The position numbers and the translations under genes were made by a program. From a virus (Duplodnaviria; Heunggongvirae; Uroviricota; Caudoviricetes), in the IMG/VR virus record IMGVR_UViG_3300003691_000003, positions 14,097-78,096 of that record: a stretch of DNA of 64,000 nt. One strand, written 5' to 3'. The notes under the pieces are model-generated. The model was not told the origin of the DNA and searched no databases. It saw only the letters and a list, made by a program, of their open reading frames with translations. Positions within the stretch are counted from its first letter, which is position 1; every line of letters starts with the position of its first letter. This document shows positions 37,774 through 46,221 of the stretch, piece after piece.

Positions 37774-38086
37774 ATTCAAATGGTATCGTAAGTGGAGAGG
37801 CGGGTACTGGGTATACGAACACTTCTTAGGCTGGTATTCTATATCTAAAGATAAGTATGATGATACTTTGAAAGATCGAGAATGCATGCTGGACAACAGA
37901 CTAGAAGACTGGACTGTAGTAAAGTCTATAACTTGTGCATGTGGTGAGAAAAAGTCATGCTCCCTAGTTATTGACGTATACTCTGATGGGAGCTTCGGTA
38001 GATCTTCCGAGAATTGGCTGTCATGTGGAAATATAAGATCTAACATTAGGAAGTACAAAAACTCAGGAGTAAATAATGACGTGTAA
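37766..38086 (+). CDS. small protein of the WYRKWRGG family
   Basis: 106 aa starting (GTG) NRFKWYRKWRGGYWVYEH. Confidence 0.4.
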   Translation: MNRFKWYRKWRGGYWVYEHFLGWYSISKDKYDDTLKDRECMLDNRLEDWTVVKSITCACGEKKSCSLVIDVYSDGSFGRSSENWLSCGNIRSNIRKYKNSGVNNDV

Positions 38087-38240
38087 CGACTTAATAGAAC
38101 GATTAAAAAAGTTCCCAGAAGACGCCATAGTTATACTCGGTGATACGGAATCAGGCTGGAGTAATATAGATAGCTTAAAGTCCGATGACATTACTGTAAG
38201 TATAATTGGAGAGCAGTATCCGGTATTTTCTGATAACTAG
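38076..38240 (+). CDS. small hypothetical ORF
   Basis: 54-aa ORF, not in the track, with an AGGAGT RBS. Confidence 0.3.
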   Translation: MTCNDLIERLKKFPEDAIVILGDTESGWSNIDSLKSDDITVSIIGEQYPVFSDN

Positions 38241-38271
38241 TAAAACAATATAAAATGATTCGAGGAATAAG

Positions 38272-38664
38272 ATGGATAACTACAAAAAAGTGGCAACACA
38301 AAATCCTATATCCTACGAAGAGTATGAAGAAGCAGTTGCTCTTAGTAAAACTTGTGATAAAACAGTGCAGGAATATCACAAATCAAATAGGGAAATTTTC
38401 AAAGAACGAATGAGGGAGAATCCGATTTTCGATGACGATGAACTCCGCTATTCAGCAACAGCATTCTGTGATTGCGGTCATGGAATGGCTTACCCAAAAG
38501 ATTGCGATACATTGCATTATTGGTCATGTTCGGCAATATTAAAAGGCATGGCAGATGGTAACTTACCTCACACAGAAGATCTACCGTTCACATATTATTC
38601 AGTGAAGGCGGAGAGTGATAGTAACGGTAGTACACGTGGAAGAGTGCTACCTAACTTTAGTTAA
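38272..38664 (+). CDS. hypothetical protein
   Basis: 130-aa ORF with a GAGGAA RBS. Contains CDCGHGMAYPKDCD...HYWSC. Confidence 0.5.
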   Translation: MDNYKKVATQNPISYEEYEEAVALSKTCDKTVQEYHKSNREIFKERMRENPIFDDDELRYSATAFCDCGHGMAYPKDCDTLHYWSCSAILKGMADGNLPHTEDLPFTYYSVKAESDSNGSTRGRVLPNFS

Positions 38665-38680
38665 TATTGAGTTAGGTTTT

Positions 38681-38705
38681 TGGTATAAGAGTAGTAGAGA
38701 GATTT
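38681..38705 (+). promoter_or_regulatory. extended -10 promoter copy 11 (overlaps a terminator hairpin)
   Basis: TGGTATAAGAGTAGTAGAGAGATT. Confidence 0.4.
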
Positions 38706-38718
38706 ACTACTCTTTTTT
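38688..38718 (+). terminator. rho-independent terminator
   Basis: AGAGTAGTA-gagagattt-TACTACTCT followed by TTTTTT. Confidence 0.65.
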
Positions 38719-38742
38719 ATAACTAATGAATAGGAGACAGGC

Positions 38743-38934
38743 ATGAACACTGTACAGCAGTTATGTGTAAGTAGCATATACGTACATCAAGATTTCAGCA
38801 TAGAGCAGGGTAGGACTTACACTACCAGCGTACCTACTGATGATACTGATAAAATTACAGTATTTACTAGATTTTGGGTAAAAGTACCTAAAGAGAATTT
38901 TGTGTTATCCGAGGAGAAAGCATGTATTCCGTAA
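38743..38934 (+). CDS. hypothetical protein
   Basis: Promoter copy 11 and terminator, then a 63-aa ORF. Confidence 0.4.
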   Translation: MNTVQQLCVSSIYVHQDFSIEQGRTYTTSVPTDDTDKITVFTRFWVKVPKENFVLSEEKACIP

Positions 38935-39200
38935 TAGTAAATGGAAGAGTCCTGGACTACAAGTACTCTAACTACAACGATAAAATACCTGGTATGTATT
39001 GCTTTCAAGTAGGGGACAGGCCTCTGGGGTTTATATCTAAGGTGGGAAGCAGATGGTCTGCTGTCCCAACTTTAGTCCCACTTGGTTTTACTGTTCGAGG
39101 TTTCTCTACCAGACTAGATGCTGCAGAATTTTTAGTAGATATTAGCATAGGTACACTCAAGGATACTAGTAATGCAAATTTATCATCACACGTGGATTAG
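38922..39200 (+). CDS. hypothetical protein
   Basis: 92-aa ORF. Confidence 0.4.
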   Translation: MYSVIVNGRVLDYKYSNYNDKIPGMYCFQVGDRPLGFISKVGSRWSAVPTLVPLGFTVRGFSTRLDAAEFLVDISIGTLKDTSNANLSSHVD

Positions 39201-39322
39201 TGGGTACCGGGCTTGCATAAAAGGCATCCCACGTGAACGTAATTGGTTTGAAACAGTACGACCAAACACAACAGATTCTATCCAGTGGTTTTCTGGGTGG
39301 GATACAGCTAAGGAGGATCGCA

Positions 39323-39592
39323 ATGAATCCATTTAAAAAATTATTTGTAATAATGGTTGGCTTTTTTAAGAGATTAGGTCACTACGAACCAGACGTAACT
39401 TTCAGAACAAAAGAAGGAGTGAGGTACACAGTAGCGGAACCTGAAGCTTTCCTTGCAACAAGAGATCCGTTTAATATACAGATGGTTGAAAGGCTAAGAG
39501 AAGATGTATATGGTAGGTCTTACAGAACAAGGGAGTATATATCCTGGACAGATAAAAGGCCTGAAGAATTAATACCAGTTAGGGTGAAATGA
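39323..39592 (+). CDS. hypothetical protein
   Basis: AAGGAGG RBS before the ATG at 39323 (the track starts it at 39233). Confidence 0.45.
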   Translation: MNPFKKLFVIMVGFFKRLGHYEPDVTFRTKEGVRYTVAEPEAFLATRDPFNIQMVERLREDVYGRSYRTREYISWTDKRPEELIPVRVK

Positions 39593-40278
39593 GTATGGAC
39601 ACATGCAATAAATGTGGTGGCGAGCTAGACTGCCGGGCAGGGTGCTCTGCACATCCTAGTAATTGGTACTGTCCATCATGTACTAGTCAAAGCCAAGGGC
39701 TACCGGGGGGACATACTCCTGAAGCAATCTCCAAGATGAGTAATTCTTACTTGAGTCTTGGTATAGCCAAACTGGTCTTTCCACAGTACGTCATAACAAG
39801 AGCAGATAATGGAAGTGGCTACTCTGTTTTCGTAGAAGATTTTAATAATAAGGATAGCCATAGGGTCGTAGATTTTGTACACGACTGGTCCATAATAATG
39901 CCACTAGTAAGTAAGTATAAAGTAAAGCCAAATCCTTACAAGAGTGGAGAATGGAGAGCATCTAGCTTTGATATGAAACATATCGCCTATGCGTCTACTC
40001 TAGGGAGGGCCTACGCCGAATGCATCTACCTAATACTACTAGATAGCAAGCTTACGTCGAGTGAACCAGGTACAGCTCCTTGGATTAAAGATGTATCGGA
40101 ACATTCTCCTGTGCTATGCTGGGCGTGGAATGAAGGTGACGAGAAGCCGGCACCTACTCAAGTCTCAATGGTACAAAATGGTCAATATTTTGACGCTGAT
40201 CAAAGCTGGGAGTTCGCAACGCCTATAACCTCCGAAGGATTATGGAAAGGAGGGACATATGACGGCAGTAGTGTATGA
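39589..40278 (+). CDS. zinc-ribbon protein carrying the domain shared with 37257..37589
   Basis: N-terminal CNKCGGELDCRAGC...CPSC, plus the shared domain noted above. Confidence 0.5.
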   Translation: MSMDTCNKCGGELDCRAGCSAHPSNWYCPSCTSQSQGLPGGHTPEAISKMSNSYLSLGIAKLVFPQYVITRADNGSGYSVFVEDFNNKDSHRVVDFVHDWSIIMPLVSKYKVKPNPYKSGEWRASSFDMKHIAYASTLGRAYAECIYLILLDSKLTSSEPGTAPWIKDVSEHSPVLCWAWNEGDEKPAPTQVSMVQNGQYFDADQSWEFATPITSEGLWKGGTYDGSSV

Positions 40279-40426
40279 TACGTTCAAAGATACTGAAGAA
40301 GGTAGAGCTGAGCTTAAACGAGTTCAACTCCTTTGCGATTCTGACGGTGACGTTACTAATCAACGTGTGGTTACTAGGCCTAACGGCGATTTAGAACTAC
40401 GGGTACTTGTGAGCATGCCAGAATGA
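40259..40426 (+). CDS. small hypothetical ORF
   Basis: 55-aa ORF, not in the track. Strong GGAAAGGAGGG RBS. ATGA overlap with the next gene. Confidence 0.35.
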   Translation: MTAVVYDTFKDTEEGRAELKRVQLLCDSDGDVTNQRVVTRPNGDLELRVLVSMPE

Positions 40427-40686
40427 TTACTGCAGTGGCAATACGTCATCCAGATGGCAGAGTGTTCCAGATGCCAAAGCCTTTTAGACATCATCACATA
40501 ATACGCATAATGGCCTCCCACTTAGAAGACTATGGTCCAGGACATTGTAGGGATCAGGGCTTCGTAGATGACAAGGGTAACTACTTAGGCAGAGAAGATG
40601 CCTTCGTTATGGCCGTTGAAAATAAACAATTTATAAACAAAGATCCATTGTATCCTCACGAACTTTTTAGTGAAGATCTCTGGTAG
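40423..40686 (+). CDS. hypothetical protein
   Basis: 87-aa ORF. Confidence 0.45.
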   Translation: MITAVAIRHPDGRVFQMPKPFRHHHIIRIMASHLEDYGPGHCRDQGFVDDKGNYLGREDAFVMAVENKQFINKDPLYPHELFSEDLW

Positions 40687-40694
40687 GAGAAAAT

Positions 40695-41009
40695 ATGAAA
40701 GCCATAGAGCAGTTACTTATTTCTGTCGTATTTATAGCAGTAGGTTCACTATTCACTTACTCTAGCTTGCAGAACGAAATGAATCCTCCTACGGAGGTAC
40801 CCATGATGAGGCACTGTGCCTCGATGGATTCTACGCTAGTTGAATATAGTATATTCAGATACAAGTGTAGTAACGGAGGTACTTTTCAGATAGATGACAT
40901 TGGTGAGGAGTTCCAGTTAATGCCGGAACATTGTGAACGTACAGGGTTCAGTATAACTGGGACCAAATACGGAAATTGTTCGTGTCTGCCCATGAAGGAA
41001 AAAGAGTGA
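40695..41009 (+). CDS. small membrane-anchored/secreted Cys-containing protein
   Basis: N-terminal TM helix LLISVVFIAVGSLFTYS and several Cys residues. Confidence 0.45.
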   Translation: MKAIEQLLISVVFIAVGSLFTYSSLQNEMNPPTEVPMMRHCASMDSTLVEYSIFRYKCSNGGTFQIDDIGEEFQLMPEHCERTGFSITGTKYGNCSCLPMKEKE

Positions 41010-41142
41010 AACATTCCAAGCACATTGGAATAGGCGGCATTAAGTGTCATTGCTGTACGCCCTTTCCGAAGGGCAAGAAGCTGACTAAGATTTTGCATAA
41101 AGAGCAAAGAATGAAAGATAAGAAGTTAACGGAGAAAGAATA

Positions 41143-41364
41143 ATGGAGAGTATATTTGTATATGCAGCATTTCTAGTAGGGTTCCTACTTGGACTAATAG
41201 TTGCAGCTACGGGGTTAGATGGAGTAGATAAAGTTCCAGTAGAACTTCAGATGATAACTCATTGTAAGAAGATAGACGATGATCTTTTACATTATTCCAA
41301 GACACACTTCACTTGTAAGGCGGGTGCCACTTATAACAGAGACGTACTGGAGAAAGTATTATGA
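41143..41364 (+). CDS. small membrane-anchored protein
   Basis: N-terminal TM helix FVYAAFLVGFLLGLIVAA. C-terminal domain similar to 40695..41009 (HC..D..L..YS....C..G). Confidence 0.45.
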   Translation: MESIFVYAAFLVGFLLGLIVAATGLDGVDKVPVELQMITHCKKIDDDLLHYSKTHFTCKAGATYNRDVLEKVL

Positions 41365-41549
41365 ATCACCGAGATGTAATTGTATTTGCTATGCTGCTAT
41401 ACATACTTTCACTATGCCTAATACTAGTTGTGGCCGCAATGGGAGCAGCTCAGGCACCCCATCCAGACCAAGTAACGACACATGTACTAATTGTAGCAGC
41501 AATAAATGTATGCTCTGTAGTATTTCTAATAACCAGGATAAAGGAGTAG
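41361..41549 (+). CDS. small two-TM membrane protein
   Basis: 62 aa, very hydrophobic. Confidence 0.4.
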   Translation: MNHRDVIVFAMLLYILSLCLILVVAAMGAAQAPHPDQVTTHVLIVAAINVCSVVFLITRIKE

Positions 41550-41553
41550 TATC

Positions 41554-41772
41554 ATGGATAAATCCCTTACTCTAACGGACATACTCAATGAGTATTCCCT
41601 AGTATACTGTTTCCTACCTAAAACCATAATGAAGAGAAATGACAAGGGTTATTTCGTGGAAGCGGGTAAACGCAGAGGTATACTAATTAAGAGAGTACAT
41701 AATGGCTGCGATGTCTGGTATCATAACCCTGAAAATTATATATCCTGGAAGTCTTTCCTAAGAGGTGAGTAA
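41554..41772 (+). CDS. hypothetical protein
   Basis: 72-aa ORF. Confidence 0.4.
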   Translation: MDKSLTLTDILNEYSLVYCFLPKTIMKRNDKGYFVEAGKRRGILIKRVHNGCDVWYHNPENYISWKSFLRGE

Positions 41773-42086
41773 TGGCTGCAATTAAATTTTGGATGTTTGT
41801 AAGAGTCCCTTCAACTAACACGTACATGTTATTGAGAACTTATGGCGACAGTGATCCAGCTAAGAAAACCAGCTGGGACCTATCTGATGCACTCATAGAT
41901 GTGGTGGAACAGGACAATAGTTATATGCTATTAACTAAGACGGGTCATAGATTTAACTGCGACAAATCAGCAGTAGGAGTAGATGGTACTTTAGCCTCAG
42001 CATACGCCCGGGTACACGAACTATACGACGCAGTACCTATTTCTGCAAGAGAAGTAGTTAGTGAATTTATGAGGAACAGAGAATGA
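41772..42086 (+). CDS. hypothetical protein
   Basis: 104-aa ORF. Confidence 0.45.
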   Translation: MAAIKFWMFVRVPSTNTYMLLRTYGDSDPAKKTSWDLSDALIDVVEQDNSYMLLTKTGHRFNCDKSAVGVDGTLASAYARVHELYDAVPISAREVVSEFMRNRE

Positions 42087-42427
42087 GTCATTACCCAGAT
42101 TTCTGGAAAATAGTAGTTTTAAAGATAAAGGACCGGATCGATCACAGAGTTGTAGGCGGATGGTCTGGAGGGTACTTAACTGGCGATAGCTGGAGAATAT
42201 CCTCTGGAATAACAAGTATTGTATCTATAGGTAAGTTCTACGAAGTACATAATACATCAGGTAGCGTGTACTACTGTAGGAAAGATTCAGAGAGGCTAAA
42301 CGCATACACCTCCTCTGTGGTAGAAGGTATGAAAGAGTCCTATGATATAAAGTTCGTAAGTATGGAAGATACCTTACTGGTAGTTAGCAATAGTACCGAG
42401 GATCCCGGAACCGACGATTCCAGCTAG
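42083..42427 (+). CDS. hypothetical protein
   Basis: 114-aa ORF with ATGA overlap. Confidence 0.45.
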   Translation: MSHYPDFWKIVVLKIKDRIDHRVVGGWSGGYLTGDSWRISSGITSIVSIGKFYEVHNTSGSVYYCRKDSERLNAYTSSVVEGMKESYDIKFVSMEDTLLVVSNSTEDPGTDDSS

Positions 42428-42619
42428 GTGCTTTTTCTTCATTAGCTTTGCTTGAGGTATTCTGTTTTTGATAACGTTGTTAGCCAACGTACTACCTACT
42501 TCATAACCACCGGCAGCACCTAAGATACCAGGGCCATAGTCTTTTATGGCCTTGATAACTTTATTAGGTTTCTTTTTAACCTTGGTACTTTCTGCGATTT
42601 TTTCTAGGTATATGTTCAT
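42374..42619 (-). CDS. MNIYLEKIAE-family small basic glycine-zipper protein
   Basis: Starts MNIYLEKIAESTK. Contains GILGAAGGYEVGSTL and GIVGSGILGTIA. Translationally coupled to the upstream family member. Confidence 0.55.
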   Translation of the reverse strand: MNIYLEKIAESTKVKKKPNKVIKAIKDYGPGILGAAGGYEVGSTLANNVIKNRIPQAKLMKKKHLAGIVGSGILGTIANYQ

Positions 42620-42622
42620 TTT

Positions 42623-43054
42623 TTATTTTTTCTTAGAATTCAAGTGTATCTTATCTTTGCCTAAGCTCTTGCCCATGTGGTGTCCTCCATATGTCCCTAG
42701 TGGACCTAAACCTACCAATGTTCCTATTCCAGAACCTACAGCTGCGTTATTAGCTACGGTTTTAAAATTTGCTTTCTGTTTAGCAGTGTAACCTTCTCCA
42801 AGTCTTTTAGGTATCATGGACCCTATGGTGCCTCCCACGACTGCTCCTCCGAGTGCCCCTGATAAGGCAGTTCTTATGCCTTTACCTATGCCTTTACGCC
42901 CATGGGCAATTGCAGATATTACTCCCATACCCCCGCCTATGTTTGCACCATGTGCCCCGCCTTCTGCTGCATGACTCAAAGGTACATCTTTATGGTTAGG
43001 TAATTTAGCCTTAGTCTTCTTAGCTTCTGCGATCTTTTCTAGGTATATGTTCAT
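42623..43054 (-). CDS. MNIYLEKIAE-family basic glycine-zipper protein
   Basis: Starts MNIYLEKIAEAKKTKAK. Gly-rich segments GGAHGANIGGGMGVISAIAHG and GALGGAVVGGTIGS. Confidence 0.55.
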   Translation of the reverse strand: MNIYLEKIAEAKKTKAKLPNHKDVPLSHAAEGGAHGANIGGGMGVISAIAHGRKGIGKGIRTALSGALGGAVVGGTIGSMIPKRLGEGYTAKQKANFKTVANNAAVGSGIGTLVGLGPLGTYGGHHMGKSLGKDKIHLNSKKK

Positions 43055-43137
43055 TTTTTAGTCCGTTTAAGCGAGGTATACGTTCGTAGGTAAATGTCAA
43101 CGTTTGTAAATCTATATTCAAGAGTTTAACACAAAAG

Positions 43138-43162
43138 CGGTATAAGTATATTGAGAGAGACC
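43138..43162 (+). promoter_or_regulatory. extended -10-like promoter copy 12 (CGG variant) ahead of the Cys-protein array
   Basis: CGGTATAAGTATATTGAGAGAGACC. Confidence 0.45.
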
Positions 43163-43193
43163 ACTTATTTTTAATAATCCAAGAGGACAGTTC

Positions 43194-43430
43194 ATGGATA
43201 ATACAACAATTGTACACTTGGTTCACAGAGTTAACTCTAAGAAGCCCAAGGAATGCATATATTGTACAAAGACGGCTGGGGATATATTAAACGAAGGTCA
43301 AAGGTTTTCTCATACTATTGGTGGGTATTACAGCAGGCTAGAAGGTGGTCGTAAAGCAAAGCCATGTTGCACCGTATCAAATAGGTTATTTTCTGGGAGA
43401 GAAGAATGCGAGTATCAGTTCACCTTGTAA
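43194..43430 (+). CDS. HLV-CxxC family member 1
   Basis: IVHLV..CIYC...C..SNRLF. Confidence 0.5.
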   Translation: MDNTTIVHLVHRVNSKKPKECIYCTKTAGDILNEGQRFSHTIGGYYSRLEGGRKAKPCCTVSNRLFSGREECEYQFTL

Positions 43431-43621
43431 CTATAGGTAGCCATCGTTGTCAATTTTGCAACATGGATGCAAATTCCATGGATGTATTCGAGCATCGTAT
43501 AGCGTCCACCATGGATAACTACGAAGAATATGTACATGAGTACGGTAAGGTCTTTATCCCTCACCCATGTACGCCACGAAACTCATCCAATAGAATGTTC
43601 AAGTCTAATAATGGAGAATAA
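43406..43621 (+). CDS. HLV-CxxC family member 2
   Basis: SVHLV..CQFC...C..SNRMF. Confidence 0.5.
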   Translation: MRVSVHLVTIGSHRCQFCNMDANSMDVFEHRIASTMDNYEEYVHEYGKVFIPHPCTPRNSSNRMFKSNNGE

Positions 43622-43622
43622 C

Positions 43623-43877
43623 ATGAAACGTATAAAACTACATCTCCTGAACGGAGATCCTTTCAAGCTAGAGGTAGGCAGCTACTGTGTAAAGTGCAAT
43701 ACGTCCCTGAATGATATCTTAGAAAATGACGAAGATTTCCAATACCTAGAACATAGGTATGAAAGATCTCTGTCTAGTCCTAGCGACTATCGCAGGTGCT
43801 ACAACCCTTCCATTGCTGGTTCAGATCGCTTATTTGGAGAAGGACATGCAAAAGACACGCAGGAAAGAGATAAGTAA
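43623..43877 (+). CDS. HLV-CxxC family member 3
   Basis: KLHLL..CVKC...C..SDRLF. The ATG at 43623 overlaps the upstream TAA. Confidence 0.5.
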   Translation: MKRIKLHLLNGDPFKLEVGSYCVKCNTSLNDILENDEDFQYLEHRYERSLSSPSDYRRCYNPSIAGSDRLFGEGHAKDTQERDK

Positions 43878-44085
43878 AACCGTAATACACCTAGTAACCG
43901 ACGATTCAAACCCTTTCTGTGAAGTGTGCGGAACACATATGACAGATATATGGGATAGTCCGGATCGAATCATACCTGAACCAAAATCATATCGTTTTAA
44001 GCTGAGTAACAGAGGTAGGCACTTCGCCAGCTGCAATCCTCACTCCGTATCCAACTCTGACCACTTATTTGAGAAAGAACTATGA
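43846..44085 (+). CDS. HLV-CxxC family member 4
   Basis: VIHLV..CEVCG...C..SDHLF. Start uncertain (the track shows a longer ORF from 43759). Confidence 0.4.
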   Translation: MQKTRRKEISKTVIHLVTDDSNPFCEVCGTHMTDIWDSPDRIIPEPKSYRFKLSNRGRHFASCNPHSVSNSDHLFEKEL

Positions 44086-44300
44086 GCCCTGAAAAGACAA
44101 TACATGTTTATGAAAGTGATACGTATCTATGTAATCGTTGCGGCATAGATCTAGACAGTACAGAGCATATATTAGAACGATGCGTAAGCGTACAGAGTGC
44201 TGAGATATTTTACGCTAAGGGAGATGGGCATATGTTGTGTTCTGGCCTAAGCAGATCGTCTTACTTATTTAAAAAAAGGGAGAAGATGATATATGACTGA
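44082..44300 (+). CDS. HLV-CxxC family member 5 (divergent)
   Basis: IHVY..CNRCG...C...SSYLF. Confidence 0.45.
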   Translation: MSPEKTIHVYESDTYLCNRCGIDLDSTEHILERCVSVQSAEIFYAKGDGHMLCSGLSRSSYLFKKREKMIYD

Positions 44301-44529
44301 TACACGAATACTCCACCTAGTTAGTAAAGGCGGCAAGTGCTCTAGATGCCATAAGAGTAAACAAGACTTTGAGCCTGACGTAGACGCCCGAACCGGTTCA
44401 GAAGGTTTGTATAAAAAATATGCAACTGGCGAGGAAATATCTGCCTACGGCGTTATCTACTATCCATGCGATGATACAACTGGAAGGGTATTCTCTTCCA
44501 AAGTAAACTTAGAAGGATTCAAGTTATGA
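44293..44529 (+). CDS. HLV-CxxC family member 6
   Basis: ILHLV..CSRC...C..GRVF...NLEGFKL. Confidence 0.5.
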   Translation: MTDTRILHLVSKGGKCSRCHKSKQDFEPDVDARTGSEGLYKKYATGEEISAYGVIYYPCDDTTGRVFSSKVNLEGFKL

Positions 44530-44771
44530 GATCTAATAGAATACTTCATTTAGTTCCTAATAAAGAGGAGCGTAGTTGTAAGGTATGCGGCAAGCATCAA
44601 CGTTTTTTTAACACAGAGAAAGAGTCGGTGGCTTATAACGAAAGGGTTTATAGAGAATTCGTAGTTGAAGGAAAAGCTAAATCGTTTAATCATGTCGAGT
44701 ATACAGCATGCTCTGGTCCAGTTACTAGAATGTTCAATGACGTAGTTAACTTAGAAGGATTCAAACTATGA
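44526..44771 (+). CDS. HLV-CxxC family member 7
   Basis: MRSNRILHLV..CKVCG...C..TRMFNDVVNLEGFKL. Confidence 0.55.
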   Translation: MRSNRILHLVPNKEERSCKVCGKHQRFFNTEKESVAYNERVYREFVVEGKAKSFNHVEYTACSGPVTRMFNDVVNLEGFKL

Positions 44772-45004
44772 GATCTAATAGAATACTTCATTTAGTTCTT
44801 ACAGATGAGCGTAGGTGTGAGATATGTAATAGGTATGTACACACTGTTAATCGTGAAAGAGAATCAGTCACTCGTAACAGCACCTTATACCGAGAGGCAG
44901 TATCCTTGACTAAGTCTTTTAGCACTACTAAGTACATAGTATGTTCAACACCAGTTACTAGAATGTTCAATGACGTAGTTAACTTAGAAGGATTCAAACT
45001 ATGA
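44768..45004 (+). CDS. HLV-CxxC family member 8
   Basis: MRSNRILHLV..CEIC...C..TRMFNDVVNLEGFKL. The N- and C-termini are identical to member 7 and the middle is divergent. Confidence 0.55.
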   Translation: MRSNRILHLVLTDERRCEICNRYVHTVNRERESVTRNSTLYREAVSLTKSFSTTKYIVCSTPVTRMFNDVVNLEGFKL

Positions 45005-45210
45005 GCCTATCAACTGAGACGCCGTCTAGGATATGTCACTTTATGGACAAGGGTAAATGTACCGTGTGCGGAATGGAAACCAAATACCTAATAGCTTTAG
45101 ATGCAGACTTTCTTTTCGCCATCAGCCTACCTACTTACTCTGAAACTTTAAGAAAAGGTAAAGCAGTTGCCTGCGGGTCTAATTCTCATAGGTTATTCAG
45201 TAGTCTGTAA
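45001..45210 (+). CDS. HLV-CxxC family member 9 (divergent)
   Basis: ICHF..CTVCG...C..SHRLF. Confidence 0.45.
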   Translation: MSLSTETPSRICHFMDKGKCTVCGMETKYLIALDADFLFAISLPTYSETLRKGKAVACGSNSHRLFSSL

Positions 45211-45222
45211 CGTGGTAGTTTT

Positions 45223-45247
45223 TGGTATAAGTAATGTGAGGAGGATT
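45223..45247 (+). promoter_or_regulatory. extended -10 promoter copy 13, internal to the array
   Basis: TGGTATAAGTAATGTGAGGAGG. Confidence 0.5.
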
Positions 45248-45249
45248 TT

Positions 45250-45507
45250 ATGGATATACTTAATGAGGTTGAATACACTCTTCATTTACTGGGAAAGACT
45301 GGTAGCAAATGTAAGTTCTGTGGCTTGGATAATAAGGACTTAGTAATCAACGTAAATTACCATCTTTTTACTGGCAGCAAAGATACTTACAGAGTATGCA
45401 TGGCTGCACGCACTAAAGACAATAGTGCAGTTTATTATATTAGCTGTAAGAAAGATTATGGTGGCCTATTTGATTCACCTGTTAACTTAGAAGGATTCAA
45501 ACTATGA
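45250..45507 (+). CDS. HLV-CxxC family member 10
   Basis: LHLL..CKFCG...C...GGLFDSPVNLEGFKL. Preceded by promoter copy 13. Confidence 0.5.
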   Translation: MDILNEVEYTLHLLGKTGSKCKFCGLDNKDLVINVNYHLFTGSKDTYRVCMAARTKDNSAVYYISCKKDYGGLFDSPVNLEGFKL

Positions 45508-45743
45508 CTGCAATATATCGGACATTACATAGGATTGAACAGCCTTATAGTCTAAAGTGCAAACATTGCGGAATGAGAGTTATTGACATGGGGTGGCAGG
45601 ATAGAACCTCTTCTTATCAGTCTGAGTATATGGTCTTACTAAACCCGAAAGGTGACGAGAATACGATAACTAGTTATTCTGCATGCGTAGATATGCATAG
45701 GTTTTTTAAGACGTACGTTAAACTGGCGGGGTTCAAACTATGA
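45504..45743 (+). CDS. HLV-CxxC family member 11
   Basis: LHRI..CKHCG...C..MHRFF...AGFKL. Confidence 0.5.
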   Translation: MTAIYRTLHRIEQPYSLKCKHCGMRVIDMGWQDRTSSYQSEYMVLLNPKGDENTITSYSACVDMHRFFKTYVKLAGFKL

Positions 45744-45982
45744 AGGATATACGTAAGAGACAAATAACAGTTCATCTTGCTAGTAAGAATGCTCCAGATC
45801 AGTGCAAGCTTTGCAGGAAGGTAGTGAGTAGATTTTCTTACACGCATATATGCACGACTGAGATAAGGTTCTATGAAGACAGGTTATCTAATACACACCC
45901 TGATACGGCAACGTATAATGAGTGCAGAAAAATAGGTAGACTGTTTAATGCATATGCAGTGACAAGAGGATTCAAGCTGTGA
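45740..45982 (+). CDS. HLV-CxxC family member 12
   Basis: TVHLA..CKLC...C..IGRLF...RGFKL. Confidence 0.5.
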   Translation: MKDIRKRQITVHLASKNAPDQCKLCRKVVSRFSYTHICTTEIRFYEDRLSNTHPDTATYNECRKIGRLFNAYAVTRGFKL

Positions 45983-46221
45983 CTATACGGCTACTACGGA
46001 ATATAACTCTACATTTCGTAAGGGATGTACAGCACAACTACTGCGACGTTTGCGGAAAGCTGTTTGAAGACTTCTCTATAGATGATAAGTTTACTTCAGA
46101 CGAAGGACACTACGGCGACAGGCTATACCACGTCAAGTTCGATAGTGTAAAGTACGTCTCTTGCAGAATGGAAAGTAGATTATTCAAGGGACATACGGTG
46201 GTAGGAGGATTCAAGCTGTGA
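45979..46221 (+). CDS. HLV-CxxC family member 13
   Basis: GTG start. TLHFV..CDVCG...C..SRLF...GGFKL. Confidence 0.5.
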   Translation: MTIRLLRNITLHFVRDVQHNYCDVCGKLFEDFSIDDKFTSDEGHYGDRLYHVKFDSVKYVSCRMESRLFKGHTVVGGFKL

